Assembly: GCF_003019035.1 (NCBI RefSeq)
Contig: NZ_CP027448.1
Direction: 5' to 3' (one strand)
From: Escherichia coli
Lineage (GTDB): Bacteria; Pseudomonadota; Gammaproteobacteria; Enterobacterales; Enterobacteriaceae
DNA: 64,000 bases
Shown here: positions 51,644 through 62,469 of the stretch, piece by piece
Layout of the letters: every line of letters starts with the position of its first letter
Numbering within the stretch: position 1 is the first letter of the stretch
The notes under the pieces: model-generated
What the model was told of the DNA's origin: nothing
Seen by the model: the letters and a program-made list of their open reading frames with translations, nothing else
Database searches by the model: none
Made by a program: the position numbers and the translations under genes

Positions 51644-52053
51644 TCTTGCCCTCCCTTAATGTGTTCTCCCGGTGCATACGACATTTCAGCAGGAATATCT
51701 TGATATTTCCGTATATTAATTCGTACATTGGGGACAGAAAAAAATGTAACAAGAAACCCGGCTGCAAGCGCATATAACGTATACGGAATGGCATATATCA
51801 GGATATTCCACATATAACTCGAATTATTTAATTCCGGGTCCGCTTTCCACGAATCAATACAGGCATCAAAAATAATATCCATAACTGTCCATAAAACAAT
51901 TCTGGCAGTCAGGAATACCAGAGACAACCCAGCATACCTGCCAGTAATTCTGGAAATGTATTTATAATCTCGTTCTGTACTTCTGATTTTGAGTTCAGGA
52001 TTACTTTTATTTTCTCTCATTATAAGCCCCCTCTGATATTTCCGATAATTCAT
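51640..52053 (-). CDS. trbF: TrbF
   Basis: Small membrane ORF; assigned by F-operon synteny; start ambiguous. Confidence 0.5.
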   Translation of the reverse strand: MNYRKYQRGLIMRENKSNPELKIRSTERDYKYISRITGRYAGLSLVFLTARIVLWTVMDIIFDACIDSWKADPELNNSSYMWNILIYAIPYTLYALAAGFLVTFFSVPNVRINIRKYQDIPAEMSYAPGEHIKGGQE

Positions 52054-52288
52054 TCAGACCGGTCATGCGGCTGTAATATATTTCAGACACCGAAATCCAT
52101 CCCACAATTGCCCCCACAAAAAACACAACAGAAACAGAAAAGGTAAGACTCAGAGAAACGACAATTTCTACAGGGCTGGCGGGATAAAAAAGCCCCTGAC
52201 GGATAAAGGGGATATTCAGGCTGACGATTATTCCCGTCACGATGCCGGATATTCCGGCAATGAGTAACACCACCTGCTTATTTCGCAC
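52007..52288 (-). CDS. trbJ: TrbJ
   Basis: 93-aa membrane ORF; assigned by synteny. Confidence 0.5.
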   Translation of the reverse strand: MRNKQVVLLIAGISGIVTGIIVSLNIPFIRQGLFYPASPVEIVVSLSLTFSVSVVFFVGAIVGWISVSEIYYSRMTGLNELSEISEGAYNERK

Positions 52289-52823
52289 CTTTTTTTCCTC
52301 CGTACATCTGCAAAACGGTATTCACCCGCGCCATAAAACCGGCGGCATCCGTTGCCCCCTGTAAAAGCGGTAATGCCTCAAGCGTGTTGACGTTGACCAG
52401 GAAGGTGGTCGGTGTGGCCACCGGGATATTCGGGAAGAAGGTCTGCATCACCTCCGGTGGCACCGGTAATGCTTCAGGAAAGGCCGTATCCCCCTGACCA
52501 TCCAGGGTGTAGGAAAAAACGGAAAAGCCGTACTGCTGTGCCAGCTGTTTCAGTACCGGGTCAAACTGGTGACAGTAAGGGCAATGCCCCTGCATAAACA
52601 GCACCACCTTCCAGTCGGCCAGGTTAACCTGCCTGCCATTACTGAGGCGGAACCAGCGGGGAGTCGGCTTTGCTGTCCTGGCTGACGTGCCTGCTGCCGG
52701 TTGTGCAGGCTGCGTAGCCATACCCTGCGGATTCCAGAGTCGCTCTATTTCATCCCGGGTGGAGGCCTGCACAGCAGCGGCGCTCAGCAACAGGGTGAAC
52801 AGCAGTGATTTAGTGAGAGACAT
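52278..52823 (-). CDS. trbB: TrbB (thioredoxin-fold disulfide isomerase)
   Basis: Signal peptide and CPYC active-site motif (MQGHCPYCHQFDP). Confidence 0.75.
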   Translation of the reverse strand: MSLTKSLLFTLLLSAAAVQASTRDEIERLWNPQGMATQPAQPAAGTSARTAKPTPRWFRLSNGRQVNLADWKVVLFMQGHCPYCHQFDPVLKQLAQQYGFSVFSYTLDGQGDTAFPEALPVPPEVMQTFFPNIPVATPTTFLVNVNTLEALPLLQGATDAAGFMARVNTVLQMYGGKKGAK

Positions 52824-53094
52824 GTCCGCCCTCCTGCTGCCCTTCCATCATGGCCTGTTGCCTGGCTTCCAGTGCCTCACGCTCTTCCCGGCTGACACGG
52901 GCAATCCATGCATCCAGCACCTGGTATGCGCCGAACAGTACGAGAATGGCCGCAATCAGCTCCGCCAGAAAAAAAGCCATCCAGGGTTTGCTGTAAACAA
53001 GACGGGCGACGATATGAAACCAGACACCCAGGGAAAATACCCACATTCCCGTAATATCAAGCCGGGGTAAAGAGAATCTGCGTTTACTTATCAT
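52810..53094 (-). CDS. traQ: TraQ (pilin chaperone)
   Basis: 94-aa inner-membrane protein in F position. Confidence 0.7.
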   Translation of the reverse strand: MISKRRFSLPRLDITGMWVFSLGVWFHIVARLVYSKPWMAFFLAELIAAILVLFGAYQVLDAWIARVSREEREALEARQQAMMEGQQEGGHVSH

Positions 53095-53174
53095 GTTAAA
53101 CTCCGGTTATTATTTACATGAGAGTATTCATGTCTGTAATATTCGCGTTTGTGTGATATTAATCAGAGGTACAA

Positions 53175-53489
53175 ATGGAAAAGCGATCTTTTAAAGAAAA
53201 ACTGGAAATAATCAGAAACATAATAAGAGAGTCGTTACTGGGAAATGCGGCAATTATTGCGCTGATATATGCAGCATCACATTCATTACCGGTCAATGCC
53301 TTCCCTGACTATCTTGTAATAACTTTATTAAGTATCGCAGCAGGCATCGTTGTATTATGGTTATTTTCAATTATCTATATTTATTTTTGTGAGCTATTCA
53401 GAAGCCACTGGATTGCGGTATGGTTTATCATATGGTCTTCAGTAATCAACCTCATTATTTTGTATGGTTTTTATGACCGTTTTATATGA
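53175..53489 (+). CDS. artA: ArtA (anti-tra-strand ORF)
   Basis: 104-aa hydrophobic ORF on the opposite strand between traQ and trbA, as in F. Confidence 0.5.
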   Translation: MEKRSFKEKLEIIRNIIRESLLGNAAIIALIYAASHSLPVNAFPDYLVITLLSIAAGIVVLWLFSIIYIYFCELFRSHWIAVWFIIWSSVINLIILYGFYDRFI

Positions 53490-53490
53490 C

Positions 53491-53838
53491 TTAGCCTGTC
53501 ATAAGCCCCCTTATAAAAAACCACATCACTCCGGACCATACCGATGACAACACAATACAGATAAATATTCTTCTGAACCTGTCGAAGTTCGTAACGTCCG
53601 GTAATGCGGCCGCAACTATTGAAACAACCAGTGCTGCGCCCTGACTCATAATTGCACCACACAGAGACCAGAGACTGGCGGTAAGCACATATAAACACGC
53701 GATATTAATAACAAGGAAAACCAGTGAGCTCAAGAGAAACATTTTCCTGTCATTACGCTCAGAAAAGAAATAACCGGCAATAATGACAAATATTAACAGA
53801 ACAACACCTGTAAACATTTTCAAATAATCTTCACTCAT
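53491..53838 (-). CDS. trbA: TrbA
   Basis: 115-aa membrane ORF; synteny. Confidence 0.55.
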   Translation of the reverse strand: MSEDYLKMFTGVVLLIFVIIAGYFFSERNDRKMFLLSSLVFLVINIACLYVLTASLWSLCGAIMSQGAALVVSIVAAALPDVTNFDRFRRIFICIVLSSVWSGVMWFFIRGLMTG

Positions 53839-53853
53839 AAATCAAATCCGCGA

Positions 53854-54597
53854 TTAAAAATTGGGTTTAAAATCTTCAGAAACGTTCAGGAACTGTTTTG
53901 CCAGGTCGTCCTGCGAAATAAAGCCGTATGATAACGGGCGAACACTGCCCTGTTTCGGGTCAACCAGCATCATGGCCGGGAAATATTTCACGCCGAGGCG
54001 CTGCGCCTGCCCCTGGTCAGTCCGGGAATCCGGCAACAGCGGATTAATCACGCCATCCACGGAAACGGGAATAACACTCAGACCATACGTATCCCGGAAG
54101 CCATTAATGACCTGCGCCAGTTGCCCGTCGATGGGGTCCTGCCCCCGGTAAAAAAACATGATGCCGTAGTGTTCAGCCAGTTTCGCAATGGCCTGTCGCT
54201 GCTGCGCCTGGTCTGCTGCCAGCTGGTTCCGTACCGTGCCGTTGTAATGGCTGTACTGCAGGTTATAGTCCAGTTCAGGATGTGCCAGCATGGCCTTTCT
54301 GGCGCTCATGGTGAAAAGCCCGGCCTGCTGAGTCCAGTAATTTTGCAGCCGGAAATATTTCACAAAATTATCCACGCCGGGATACAGAATGGCTTCGTAC
54401 AGCGCCCGCTTTGTTGCCGTCTGCAGTGCGGCCAGTTTCTGCATAATATCCGGTTCCTGACGGGGGGCTGCAGGTACAGGTTTATTTTCTTTTTCCTTCG
54501 GATTTATTTTCTCGTTATACCACTGCCAGCCTGCATCTTTTCCTGACGCCGGAAAAATAAAGCAGCAGAGTAACAGTGGCAGTAATGCTTTATTCAT
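53854..54597 (-). CDS. traF: TraF (thioredoxin-like pilus assembly protein)
   Basis: Signal peptide MNKALLPLLLCCFIFPASG followed by the TraF domain; alternative upstream starts to 54627. Confidence 0.85.
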   Translation of the reverse strand: MNKALLPLLLCCFIFPASGKDAGWQWYNEKINPKEKENKPVPAAPRQEPDIMQKLAALQTATKRALYEAILYPGVDNFVKYFRLQNYWTQQAGLFTMSARKAMLAHPELDYNLQYSHYNGTVRNQLAADQAQQRQAIAKLAEHYGIMFFYRGQDPIDGQLAQVINGFRDTYGLSVIPVSVDGVINPLLPDSRTDQGQAQRLGVKYFPAMMLVDPKQGSVRPLSYGFISQDDLAKQFLNVSEDFKPNF

Positions 54598-54850
54598 CTT
54601 CATTCCTTTCATCACTTTTTCTTTCATCAGGTTTCTGCAGGTCAGTCAGGGCAGAAAAACAAAAATACAGAATAAACAGGAGCACACCGGAGTAAAGGAT
54701 AACGAAAGCAGCGGCAAGCATCCCGTCTGCCGTGGTTTCTTTTACCGTATCCCACGACCAGATAATTACCGGAGAAATGACAATCGCTGTAATCAAAAGC
54801 CGGATAAGAAAATCAATAAAACGGTTCGACGTGAATATGACTTTCATCAT
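54590..54850 (-). CDS. trbE: TrbE
   Basis: 86-aa membrane ORF; synteny. Confidence 0.55.
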   Translation of the reverse strand: MMKVIFTSNRFIDFLIRLLITAIVISPVIIWSWDTVKETTADGMLAAAFVILYSGVLLFILYFCFSALTDLQKPDERKSDERNEDE

Positions 54851-54873
54851 TTCCCCCGGTTATTTCCCATACC

Positions 54874-56682
54874 TTACTGTCCTGCCTGTTTCAGCTGGTC
54901 AGCAATCTGCTCTTTCACTTTCTGCGTCAGAACGCCACTGTCCGGGATTTTCTGGTTATTCATCAGGTCTTCGTAGAAGTTAGTGAAATCCAGTCTGTTG
55001 AACTGAATTTTCTGCAGCTCATCAACCGTAATCCCCCGACAGTCAGGATGCTTCGCTCTGCCAAAACTGATACGCAACTGACCGTTGCGCCCCTGCTGCT
55101 GGACTATCTGCGCCAGCTTCGAATCAAACTGACAGTAGCTGCGTTTTTTCTCCAGACAGACGCCCAGCACTTTCTTCGAACAGAACTCCCCGACGCTGAC
55201 GGTCAGTTTGTTTGATTTTGCTTTAGCCAGGGCTTTTTCATCACTGCTGCATTTGGCCAGCCCGATATCCTGTCCCCAGCCGCTGTCCTTACAGCAGTTG
55301 CTGTATCCGGCTGCAGCCTTCTTACAAAATTTCGCCTGACCGGTGAAAGCACGGACATCCACCCCGTTCAGCGCCGCAACATCCTTACCTGCAGCGGCCA
55401 GTGCTGCCAGCTGAGAAACAGCTTCAGCAAAATCATTACTCTTCCCGCCCTGAGCCTTATCGCATTCGCCATCGAGACAGAAGACGTCTCCCCCACAGAC
55501 CATCACTTTCCCTGATGTTTTTGACTCGCAGGAGTAGGTGGCATATTCATGCAGACAGGCACCTTCTTCGGAGTAAAAGGCGCACTGGTGTGACACCAGG
55601 GTACAGGCAGGATTGTCGGTGTAGGTCTGACAAGTTCCCTTGTCTGCTGACTGCGTGACATACGTGTCCCGGTATGCCCAGCAGCTCTGGTACATGCTGT
55701 ATGACTGACCATCTTTCACCAGCGTCCTGTTCCCGCCAGCCTCCGTACATTCTGTTTTTGTCAGTTTCCCCAGCTCCTTGCTGAACGGGCAGCTTTCAGA
55801 CCAGACAACATACGGGGTGTACGAGGCTTTTTTTACCCTGACAACCAGACGCAGCTTCATTGCCGTATGACGTTTGAATTTTGTATTCCCGACCCGGACG
55901 GGGTGAGATGACGTAAAAGCCACACCGGCAGTCAGTGTTTTCTGTACTGGTGTAAATGAGGCATCTGCTGAGTATTTGGCATTCCAGCTCAGTGGGGTTC
56001 CCAGTACTGTAATTGTCATAGGTACACTCTTCTGCAAGTAAGTACGACTCCAGCTGTAATGCGCATCGACAATTTCACCGGTAACGGGAGAGGTAATGGA
56101 GACAACATACTGACCATTCACTTCACGTGCAGGTAGCTGACTCATTTCATACTCCAGCGTCCGGGTTTCCCATGTGGTACTCCCCTGCAGCTTCATACGG
56201 GCAGTTCGTGTGCAGTACTGCTCCACCTGTAAATCCCGCTCACAGGTGTAATTCGTGTATTCACTCCTGCTAATCTCCTGCGCACTGCACTGCTGCCCGG
56301 TGTTTCCCACAATGCTGTCAGCCCGGTTCACCACATCCCTGCCGGTCTGGATAAACGGTGCATCCGGTGAAAGAATGTCTTTCGGCTTGTTCATGAATGA
56401 TTCTGTAATGGTTTTTCCGGTTTCACCGGTCGCCCATTCCGTGGTGCCGTCATTTTTCAGGCCGCCATCCCCGCCGGCAGTCACGCCACCGTAATATTTT
56501 GTCTCGTCCGGATTCGCGTTATAGCCGGGGATACTCTCCTGTGGCTTAAAGCCCTGAATACTGCTGCTTCCCTGCCCTTTGATCTGGTGAGCAAAATCAG
56601 AACCGGCCCGGTAATCACTGTTGCTGTCAGCCTGTGCCATGCCGGCAACCAGAGCCAGTATCAGAGGTAAAATACGTTTCAT
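54874..56682 (-). CDS. traN: TraN (cysteine-rich outer-membrane mating-pair stabilisation protein)
   Basis: 602-aa secreted Cys-rich protein; size and position as F TraN. Confidence 0.9.
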   Translation of the reverse strand: MKRILPLILALVAGMAQADSNSDYRAGSDFAHQIKGQGSSSIQGFKPQESIPGYNANPDETKYYGGVTAGGDGGLKNDGTTEWATGETGKTITESFMNKPKDILSPDAPFIQTGRDVVNRADSIVGNTGQQCSAQEISRSEYTNYTCERDLQVEQYCTRTARMKLQGSTTWETRTLEYEMSQLPAREVNGQYVVSITSPVTGEIVDAHYSWSRTYLQKSVPMTITVLGTPLSWNAKYSADASFTPVQKTLTAGVAFTSSHPVRVGNTKFKRHTAMKLRLVVRVKKASYTPYVVWSESCPFSKELGKLTKTECTEAGGNRTLVKDGQSYSMYQSCWAYRDTYVTQSADKGTCQTYTDNPACTLVSHQCAFYSEEGACLHEYATYSCESKTSGKVMVCGGDVFCLDGECDKAQGGKSNDFAEAVSQLAALAAAGKDVAALNGVDVRAFTGQAKFCKKAAAGYSNCCKDSGWGQDIGLAKCSSDEKALAKAKSNKLTVSVGEFCSKKVLGVCLEKKRSYCQFDSKLAQIVQQQGRNGQLRISFGRAKHPDCRGITVDELQKIQFNRLDFTNFYEDLMNNQKIPDSGVLTQKVKEQIADQLKQAGQ

Positions 56683-57320
56683 TTCCCGGCATCTCCTTTC
56701 CCTGCCAGTAAATCATGAGCCACCTGCCGGCAGTCACCCGTGGCGGCCACTTTCTCCAGCGCCTGGCCGACCCGCAGGTTTCCCCGGATGATGTCGTATC
56801 CCTGACTGCAGAACACCACCAGTGCCGGTACAGTGCGAATGCCGTACTGTGAAAACAGCGTCGGGTCGATCTGAACACCATCAGTCGCGCCGTCTTTCAC
56901 CAGGGACAACACAGCTTCAGCGGTGGTCTTCAGGTCATTGTTCACCATGCCCCGCAGTGTGGCCGGAATACCGTAGTGCCGGGTTTCGCCCAGCATTCGT
57001 TTCAGCCCCTCTTCGGGAATGGAAAACGACACAAAATACAGAGCACCCTGCCGGGGTTTCCCGTCCTGCGAAGCCTGCTGTTTACGAACCAGCTCATCCA
57101 GGAAATGGTTATCTGAACGCTGAAGGGGGTTTTCCAGCACCTGTTTCTCCGCCCAGGCTTTCAGCTGATGGTCAGGTTTTTCACGCAGTTGTCTGCTTAA
57201 ATTTTCCTGCTGCTTCAGGAACTGGCGGTTTTCAGGAGTGTTCACGTTTTCTGACGCCATAACCGCCCCGTTCAGCATCATCAGCAGTGCTGCCAGAGAT
57301 TTCATACTCAGCTTCATCAT
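56679..57320 (-). CDS. trbC: TrbC
   Basis: 213-aa periplasmic protein in F position. Confidence 0.8.
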   Translation of the reverse strand: MMKLSMKSLAALLMMLNGAVMASENVNTPENRQFLKQQENLSRQLREKPDHQLKAWAEKQVLENPLQRSDNHFLDELVRKQQASQDGKPRQGALYFVSFSIPEEGLKRMLGETRHYGIPATLRGMVNNDLKTTAEAVLSLVKDGATDGVQIDPTLFSQYGIRTVPALVVFCSQGYDIIRGNLRVGQALEKVAATGDCRQVAHDLLAGKGDAGK

Positions 57321-57325
57321 TCACC

Positions 57326-58318
57326 TCACAGGAAGACACAGTTACGTTTACGCCACATCAGGTAGCCGAAGTTTTTCTTTGTGTTGGGCGGATTTTTCCC
57401 GGTTTCCCAGCGGGTCACGCTGCGCCCGAACGGGTGGCACTGCCCGCTGTCCGGATACATATTCACCATCTGGTAACGCCAGCGTTCTTTGGGCAGGATT
57501 GGGGACGGATATTCATTACAGACGGCGTTATTTTTCCCGATGGTTTCCATAATCATGCCCTGACGGTGCAGCTTGAACGCCATGCGTTCACTGACCAGCA
57601 GGGAGGACTGCAACGGACTGGACTCATTACTCACCCAGCCATTGAACGGGTACATACTTCCCTGCGAACCGGCACACCAGAACAGAACATCGAGAGGCAT
57701 ATTAAAGGCGCTGGCAATCGCATCTGCTGCGCAGGCTCCCTGTGCTATCGGATTGGCAAAGATGACAGCTTCCGGATTGAGAATGGTGGTCAGGCTGCTG
57801 TCCGTCCAGGTGGGGTCAATTTCAGAAAGATAAGCGATATCCAGGTCACCACCTTCCAGACAGCCCAGCGATGTGATGATGTTCAGCCAGTACGTCAGCG
57901 GGTATTTGTACCAGTGAACGTGATAGAACGCCCCATTTACCTGCTTCTCATCCTTTTTCGCCGTTCCCTGTGCCGTTTTACCAAAAGCCGGCAGGCTGAA
58001 GCCCAGGTTCACCATGCATCCCGGTGACCGGGTGACGTCCGTCAACGCCATCGGCTCCCAGTAACCAATGGCCAGCCCGATACGCCTGAACAGCGGCGGC
58101 GGTGCCGGACAAATCTGAATGGGCATCGACGGGTTCGCCGTGTCGGGGACCTTACCCTGACTGACTTTGATACTGCCCAGCGAGAGCGGGAAAATACAGC
58201 TCCAGCAGATATCTGTGATCGGGTTTACAAAACGCCCCTCACAGGCAGAATCCGCAGACGCCGCAGGGACATGACCGGCGAAAAGGAATAACATCAGCAG
58301 CCACAGCCTTCGCTTCAT
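57326..58318 (-). CDS. traU: TraU
   Basis: 330-aa secreted protein in F position. Confidence 0.9.
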   Translation of the reverse strand: MKRRLWLLMLFLFAGHVPAASADSACEGRFVNPITDICWSCIFPLSLGSIKVSQGKVPDTANPSMPIQICPAPPPLFRRIGLAIGYWEPMALTDVTRSPGCMVNLGFSLPAFGKTAQGTAKKDEKQVNGAFYHVHWYKYPLTYWLNIITSLGCLEGGDLDIAYLSEIDPTWTDSSLTTILNPEAVIFANPIAQGACAADAIASAFNMPLDVLFWCAGSQGSMYPFNGWVSNESSPLQSSLLVSERMAFKLHRQGMIMETIGKNNAVCNEYPSPILPKERWRYQMVNMYPDSGQCHPFGRSVTRWETGKNPPNTKKNFGYLMWRKRNCVFL

Positions 58319-58947
58319 TTTCTGCCCTCCTCTGCCGGAATAAATTCCACCTTCAGGAAGCGATCGCCGGGAACGGCGTTCACCCGTGCCGGGACCTGAT
58401 CAATGCCGAGGCGCTGGCAGAGCACACCGTTCTGGTCAAAGTAAACACGGCTGTCCAGAGACTTCTGCATCTCCGGGATACTGCCCTGCACGAGGATAAT
58501 TTTGCTCTCCAGTGTGGGCGGCGTCTGGCGTTTCATCCAGGCCACCTGCGCCGGATCATCGCCATTGATGAAATACAGCGTCTGGTTAAAAGGAACATAC
58601 TGCAGCGGATTCATCACTTCACCCTGACGGGCAAACACCCGCCCTTCGTTATCCCGGATATCCGCAGCCAGTCTGACGGACGGGTCAAACAACCGGCTGC
58701 CGTATTTCTCCGTGCGTCCGATACCGGGCACGGCAGGGGGCCGCAGACTGTTGCGGATCACCCGCTCCTTAAAGGCATCCATTTTCCGGCCCATCTCACC
58801 GGACTGCTCCAGTGCCGTCAGGCGCTGCATGATCACCGTCAGCATGTCCGGCTCCTTTACCGGCCACAGATCGCCCCAGGTACCAAGATCGGCGGCGGCC
58901 ACACTCTGCCCCCATATCAGCAGGGCAATCAACCCCCGGCATCTCAT
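58315..58947 (-). CDS. traW: TraW
   Basis: About 210-aa secreted protein; start taken at MRCRGLIALLIWGQSVAA; the track start 59061 would overlap trbI. Confidence 0.8.
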   Translation of the reverse strand: MRCRGLIALLIWGQSVAAADLGTWGDLWPVKEPDMLTVIMQRLTALEQSGEMGRKMDAFKERVIRNSLRPPAVPGIGRTEKYGSRLFDPSVRLAADIRDNEGRVFARQGEVMNPLQYVPFNQTLYFINGDDPAQVAWMKRQTPPTLESKIILVQGSIPEMQKSLDSRVYFDQNGVLCQRLGIDQVPARVNAVPGDRFLKVEFIPAEEGRK

Positions 58948-59330
58948 GGTTCCGCCCTCATTCGCCGGGCAATATCCTGCTGGATTTCCCGGGTGATATC
59001 CGGTGCCCCCTGTACCACAGCAGGCGACACCAGAATGACCGCGTGGTGTTTCTGCTGCCACGCCTGCAGGCTGGCTTCCAGTGCCGTGTTAAAACGCGCT
59101 GAAAGAGCTTTTGACTGCGCTTCTGACAGTTGTTTCTGACTGGCGCTGTCAAAAAACGCATCCACGGTCTGTTTCATGTTGAAGGCGACAGTCACCGGTG
59201 CGTTCAGTCTGACAATGCCGTAACTGACGGCTGCGTTCAGTAACACCATTGCCAGGCATCCCGGCACCGTCCACCACCAGTGGCTGCGTCGTTCTGCCGT
59301 GACGTCGGCGGGTTTCTGCGTTGAACTCAT
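58944..59330 (-). CDS. trbI: TrbI
   Basis: 128-aa bitopic membrane protein in F position. Confidence 0.7.
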   Translation of the reverse strand: MSSTQKPADVTAERRSHWWWTVPGCLAMVLLNAAVSYGIVRLNAPVTVAFNMKQTVDAFFDSASQKQLSEAQSKALSARFNTALEASLQAWQQKHHAVILVSPAVVQGAPDITREIQQDIARRMRAEP

Positions 59331-61954
59331 GCCACACTCCTGTATTTCTCATGTTCTTCCAGCCAGGCTTCCAGCGAAGCCATTTCCGGCCCTGACTTCT
59401 TCCACGCCAGCTGCCACACTGCCTCATGAATACTCAGCCCCTCTTTACGCTTCTGCTGCACAAACTCAAAATCCGGGCCGTCAGAGCTGTACATGGCGCG
59501 GCTTAACGGGTCCACAAACAGACGGTGCCAGGAGGAATGGTTTTCCACCTGCAGCAGGAAGGAACTGAACCACTGGTCTTTGGCCGCACCAAACTTACCA
59601 ATCATGTCACGCTGCAGTGGCAGGAACTGGTCCGGATACAGTTGGTTGTATTTCGCGAACTCCTTCGCACTCTGTTTGAGGATAATTTTGTAGGAGGAGT
59701 TACCCCATGCCGCGCGGGCAGCACTGGAGGCCTTATCAGAGTCAAAGTCGACGATGTTCTGTGTGATGGTGATATAGGCACCGGTATGACGGCGGGCCGT
59801 ACGGTAGCCTTTCTCAATAAATTCACCGACCTTGTGATTTTTGAAGTCCAGCAGACGCCAGCCTTCATCAATAACGTTCAGTTTCTTGAGGTTACGCGGC
59901 GTGCGGTACATCCTGTTCTCGATGTAGATAATCAGGGAGAACATCACCGCAACCAGCAGTGACGGACGGTCTTCCAGTCCGCCCAGCTCCAGCACCACCA
60001 TTTTTGCGTCATCCCTCAGGGACGGCTCATCAGAGTTAAAATACTGGCCGTAAGTGCCGTTGGCAGTGTACTGGTCAAGCAGCACAATCATTTCGTCCAG
60101 ACGGCTGCGTATAGTTGGTGACTCGGCATACTGCTCGCTGTCACTGGCGTTTTTCAGGAAATCCACCACGTCATCAATACGTGCTCTGTTCTCTTTGGCC
60201 AGCCAGGAGGCTCTGACCGCCTGCAACAGCAGACCTTCATGCACTTCATCCAGGTTACCGTTGGGGCTGGCCATCACTGACAACTGGTCACGGACACGCT
60301 CCGCTGACTGGTCAATATCGGTGATGTTCGCAAACGGGTTAAAACGCAGGGTTTCACCGTCCAGATACACCCCGCCCATGTTCTCACACAGGGACTTGTA
60401 TCCATCCCCCATGTCGAACACCACGGCAAAGCCTCCGGAGTCCAGCACGCTGCGGATAAGTGGCTGTATCAGCCCGGTTTTACCGGCCCCGGAGGTGCCA
60501 CAGACCGCCATGTTGTAGTTGGTGTTATTCATCCCCCGGAAGAAAATATCGATAAACGCCAGCTGGTTACGGTAGGTGGGTGCCAGCAGACCTGCCGGTG
60601 TCAGGGGGTTATCCGCCACTAACGGCATCAGGTTGGCAACATTAAAGCTCTCTGCGCGCTGAACCACTCCGGCCTCTTTCAGCTGTTTAAACAGCCCTTT
60701 CCCGGCCATAAAGGGCAGGCAGGTCAGGAAATTGCGCATGTGGTTAAAGCGCGGTGAAATCAGCTCAAAACCGTTTTTACGAAAGCTGTTCAGGATGTCC
60801 TGCTCCACTTCCAGCGCCGTTTCATTATTGTCCTTGCAGAATGCTGTGATGTTGAGGAAGTAGGACACCACGGAGGACTGACCGGAGCCCAGCCGCTGAC
60901 GCAGTTCCCCCCACTCCTTCGCCTCTTTCTCCACGGACGGAAACCATTTGGCATAGGAGGTCTTCGACTTTTTCTCCAGGTCCATGTACTTCAGGTTGGC
61001 TTCGCTGTGGGTTTTCACCTGGTCTTCCACCACCAGAGTCAGCGTCAGGATGAACGGACAGGAGATGGACAGTTCCGGGTTCAGCAGGTTGCTGTAGTTG
61101 TCGGCCATGTTCCACAGGAAAGCGATTTCCGGGTTACGGGCCAGATGGAAATTCAGGATGCGGGCCGTGCTGTTCCTGCCGTTCTCACGCAGGCCCAGCG
61201 TCAGGTAATCAGCCCGGACTTTCAGATCAAAACTGTCCTCCACACACTGATAATTCAGATCAGAATACGGGTCCAGCTGACGTCTTTTCGGGTACAGGGA
61301 GTCCGGGTTATGGTTAATCATCTCCCCGACAATATCGATAAAGACCTGTGCATCCACCGTCTGTGTGGTGATACTGGCCCCCTGTAACGACGCCCGGATG
61401 ATTTTCACCAGGTTTTCCATTTCCAGAATGTCGGCCCGGCTTTTTTTCTTCGAAGGAGAACAGTACGAGATAAACACCCGGTAATGGCGCAGGGTCAGGG
61501 GCAGATTCATCCCCTCCGGCAGCGGAAACTGTGTCGCTGCCGCTTTCATATAATAGGCCCGGGTAATGGCGTTAAACCGTTCAGCCTGTTCACCTGACCA
61601 GGAGAACTCACGCAGCCCGTATTCAATCCTGTCACCAACCAGCTGACTGGACATCAGATGGATACACAACGGAATACCGCGCGGCAGTTTGGTGCGCAGC
61701 ATGTGATCGAGGGCCTCCACAATGGACTCATTCGCCCCATTGATGGGAATGGCTTCCAGCATAAAGCCCATCGTGGTGTCATTCATGAACAGACCGGATT
61801 CCTGGTTGTAATCACGGTACGGCAGCAGACGGCTGAACTGCGGGAAGCTCATTTCGCCCAGAACTTCATTGGCCTTTGCGGATTCGTCAGGCAGTTTCAG
61901 TGCTGTGACGAGGGAGTTAACCGCCTGAGTGACGGCCTCAAGTGGGTTATTCAC
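59327..61954 (-). CDS. traC: TraC (VirB4-like ATPase)
   Basis: 875-aa protein with Walker A (GTSGAGKT). Confidence 0.95.
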   Translation of the reverse strand: MNNPLEAVTQAVNSLVTALKLPDESAKANEVLGEMSFPQFSRLLPYRDYNQESGLFMNDTTMGFMLEAIPINGANESIVEALDHMLRTKLPRGIPLCIHLMSSQLVGDRIEYGLREFSWSGEQAERFNAITRAYYMKAAATQFPLPEGMNLPLTLRHYRVFISYCSPSKKKSRADILEMENLVKIIRASLQGASITTQTVDAQVFIDIVGEMINHNPDSLYPKRRQLDPYSDLNYQCVEDSFDLKVRADYLTLGLRENGRNSTARILNFHLARNPEIAFLWNMADNYSNLLNPELSISCPFILTLTLVVEDQVKTHSEANLKYMDLEKKSKTSYAKWFPSVEKEAKEWGELRQRLGSGQSSVVSYFLNITAFCKDNNETALEVEQDILNSFRKNGFELISPRFNHMRNFLTCLPFMAGKGLFKQLKEAGVVQRAESFNVANLMPLVADNPLTPAGLLAPTYRNQLAFIDIFFRGMNNTNYNMAVCGTSGAGKTGLIQPLIRSVLDSGGFAVVFDMGDGYKSLCENMGGVYLDGETLRFNPFANITDIDQSAERVRDQLSVMASPNGNLDEVHEGLLLQAVRASWLAKENRARIDDVVDFLKNASDSEQYAESPTIRSRLDEMIVLLDQYTANGTYGQYFNSDEPSLRDDAKMVVLELGGLEDRPSLLVAVMFSLIIYIENRMYRTPRNLKKLNVIDEGWRLLDFKNHKVGEFIEKGYRTARRHTGAYITITQNIVDFDSDKASSAARAAWGNSSYKIILKQSAKEFAKYNQLYPDQFLPLQRDMIGKFGAAKDQWFSSFLLQVENHSSWHRLFVDPLSRAMYSSDGPDFEFVQQKRKEGLSIHEAVWQLAWKKSGPEMASLEAWLEEHEKYRSVA

Positions 61955-62113
61955 ATGAATTCCTTAGTTGAAAAATAAAGCGAGAAATGCGGTAGCCATG
62001 AAGGGAATACCTGTAATTAACGCACCATTTCCCGGCGCATATACAAAGATTTCTGTTTTCTGAATATCCACTCATGTTCATCCGGAATTAAATCACTATG
62101 TTCTGCGACTGAC

Positions 62114-62335
62114 TTATGCATAATGTTTTCTCTGTCTTTCCTGATACGCCTGACATTCAACGCACAACGTCACACCGGGAAATATTTTCCGCCGGGCTTC
62201 CGGAATAGGATTTCCGCATGCTTCACAGAGATAAACAGGAATACCATGAGCATTTATTTTCTGGCGTATCCGGTTTATTCCTGTCATGCTCAGTTGTTCT
62301 GTCACTGAATATGCTTCATCGGCTTCATCACTCAC
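62114..62335 (-). CDS. traR: TraR (DksA/TraR-family zinc-finger protein)
   Basis: 73-aa protein with C4 zinc finger (CEACGNPIPEARRKIFPGVTLCVECQ). Confidence 0.8.
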   Translation of the reverse strand: MSDEADEAYSVTEQLSMTGINRIRQKINAHGIPVYLCEACGNPIPEARRKIFPGVTLCVECQAYQERQRKHYA

Positions 62336-62469
62336 GGAATATTCCTCCCGACATGTTCTGACACGCTACCGCCCATCCCTTTTCACGCACAGGGCACTCG
62401 TTTTACAGGCAGATTTTGAATACAGAAAGCCCGCCGGCATTGCCGGCTGATATACAACTTCAGGGCCAG

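Noticed and set aside
57287-58027. 246-aa plus-strand ORF overlapping traU
   Set aside because: Antisense to traU inside a tightly packed operon; no independent support.
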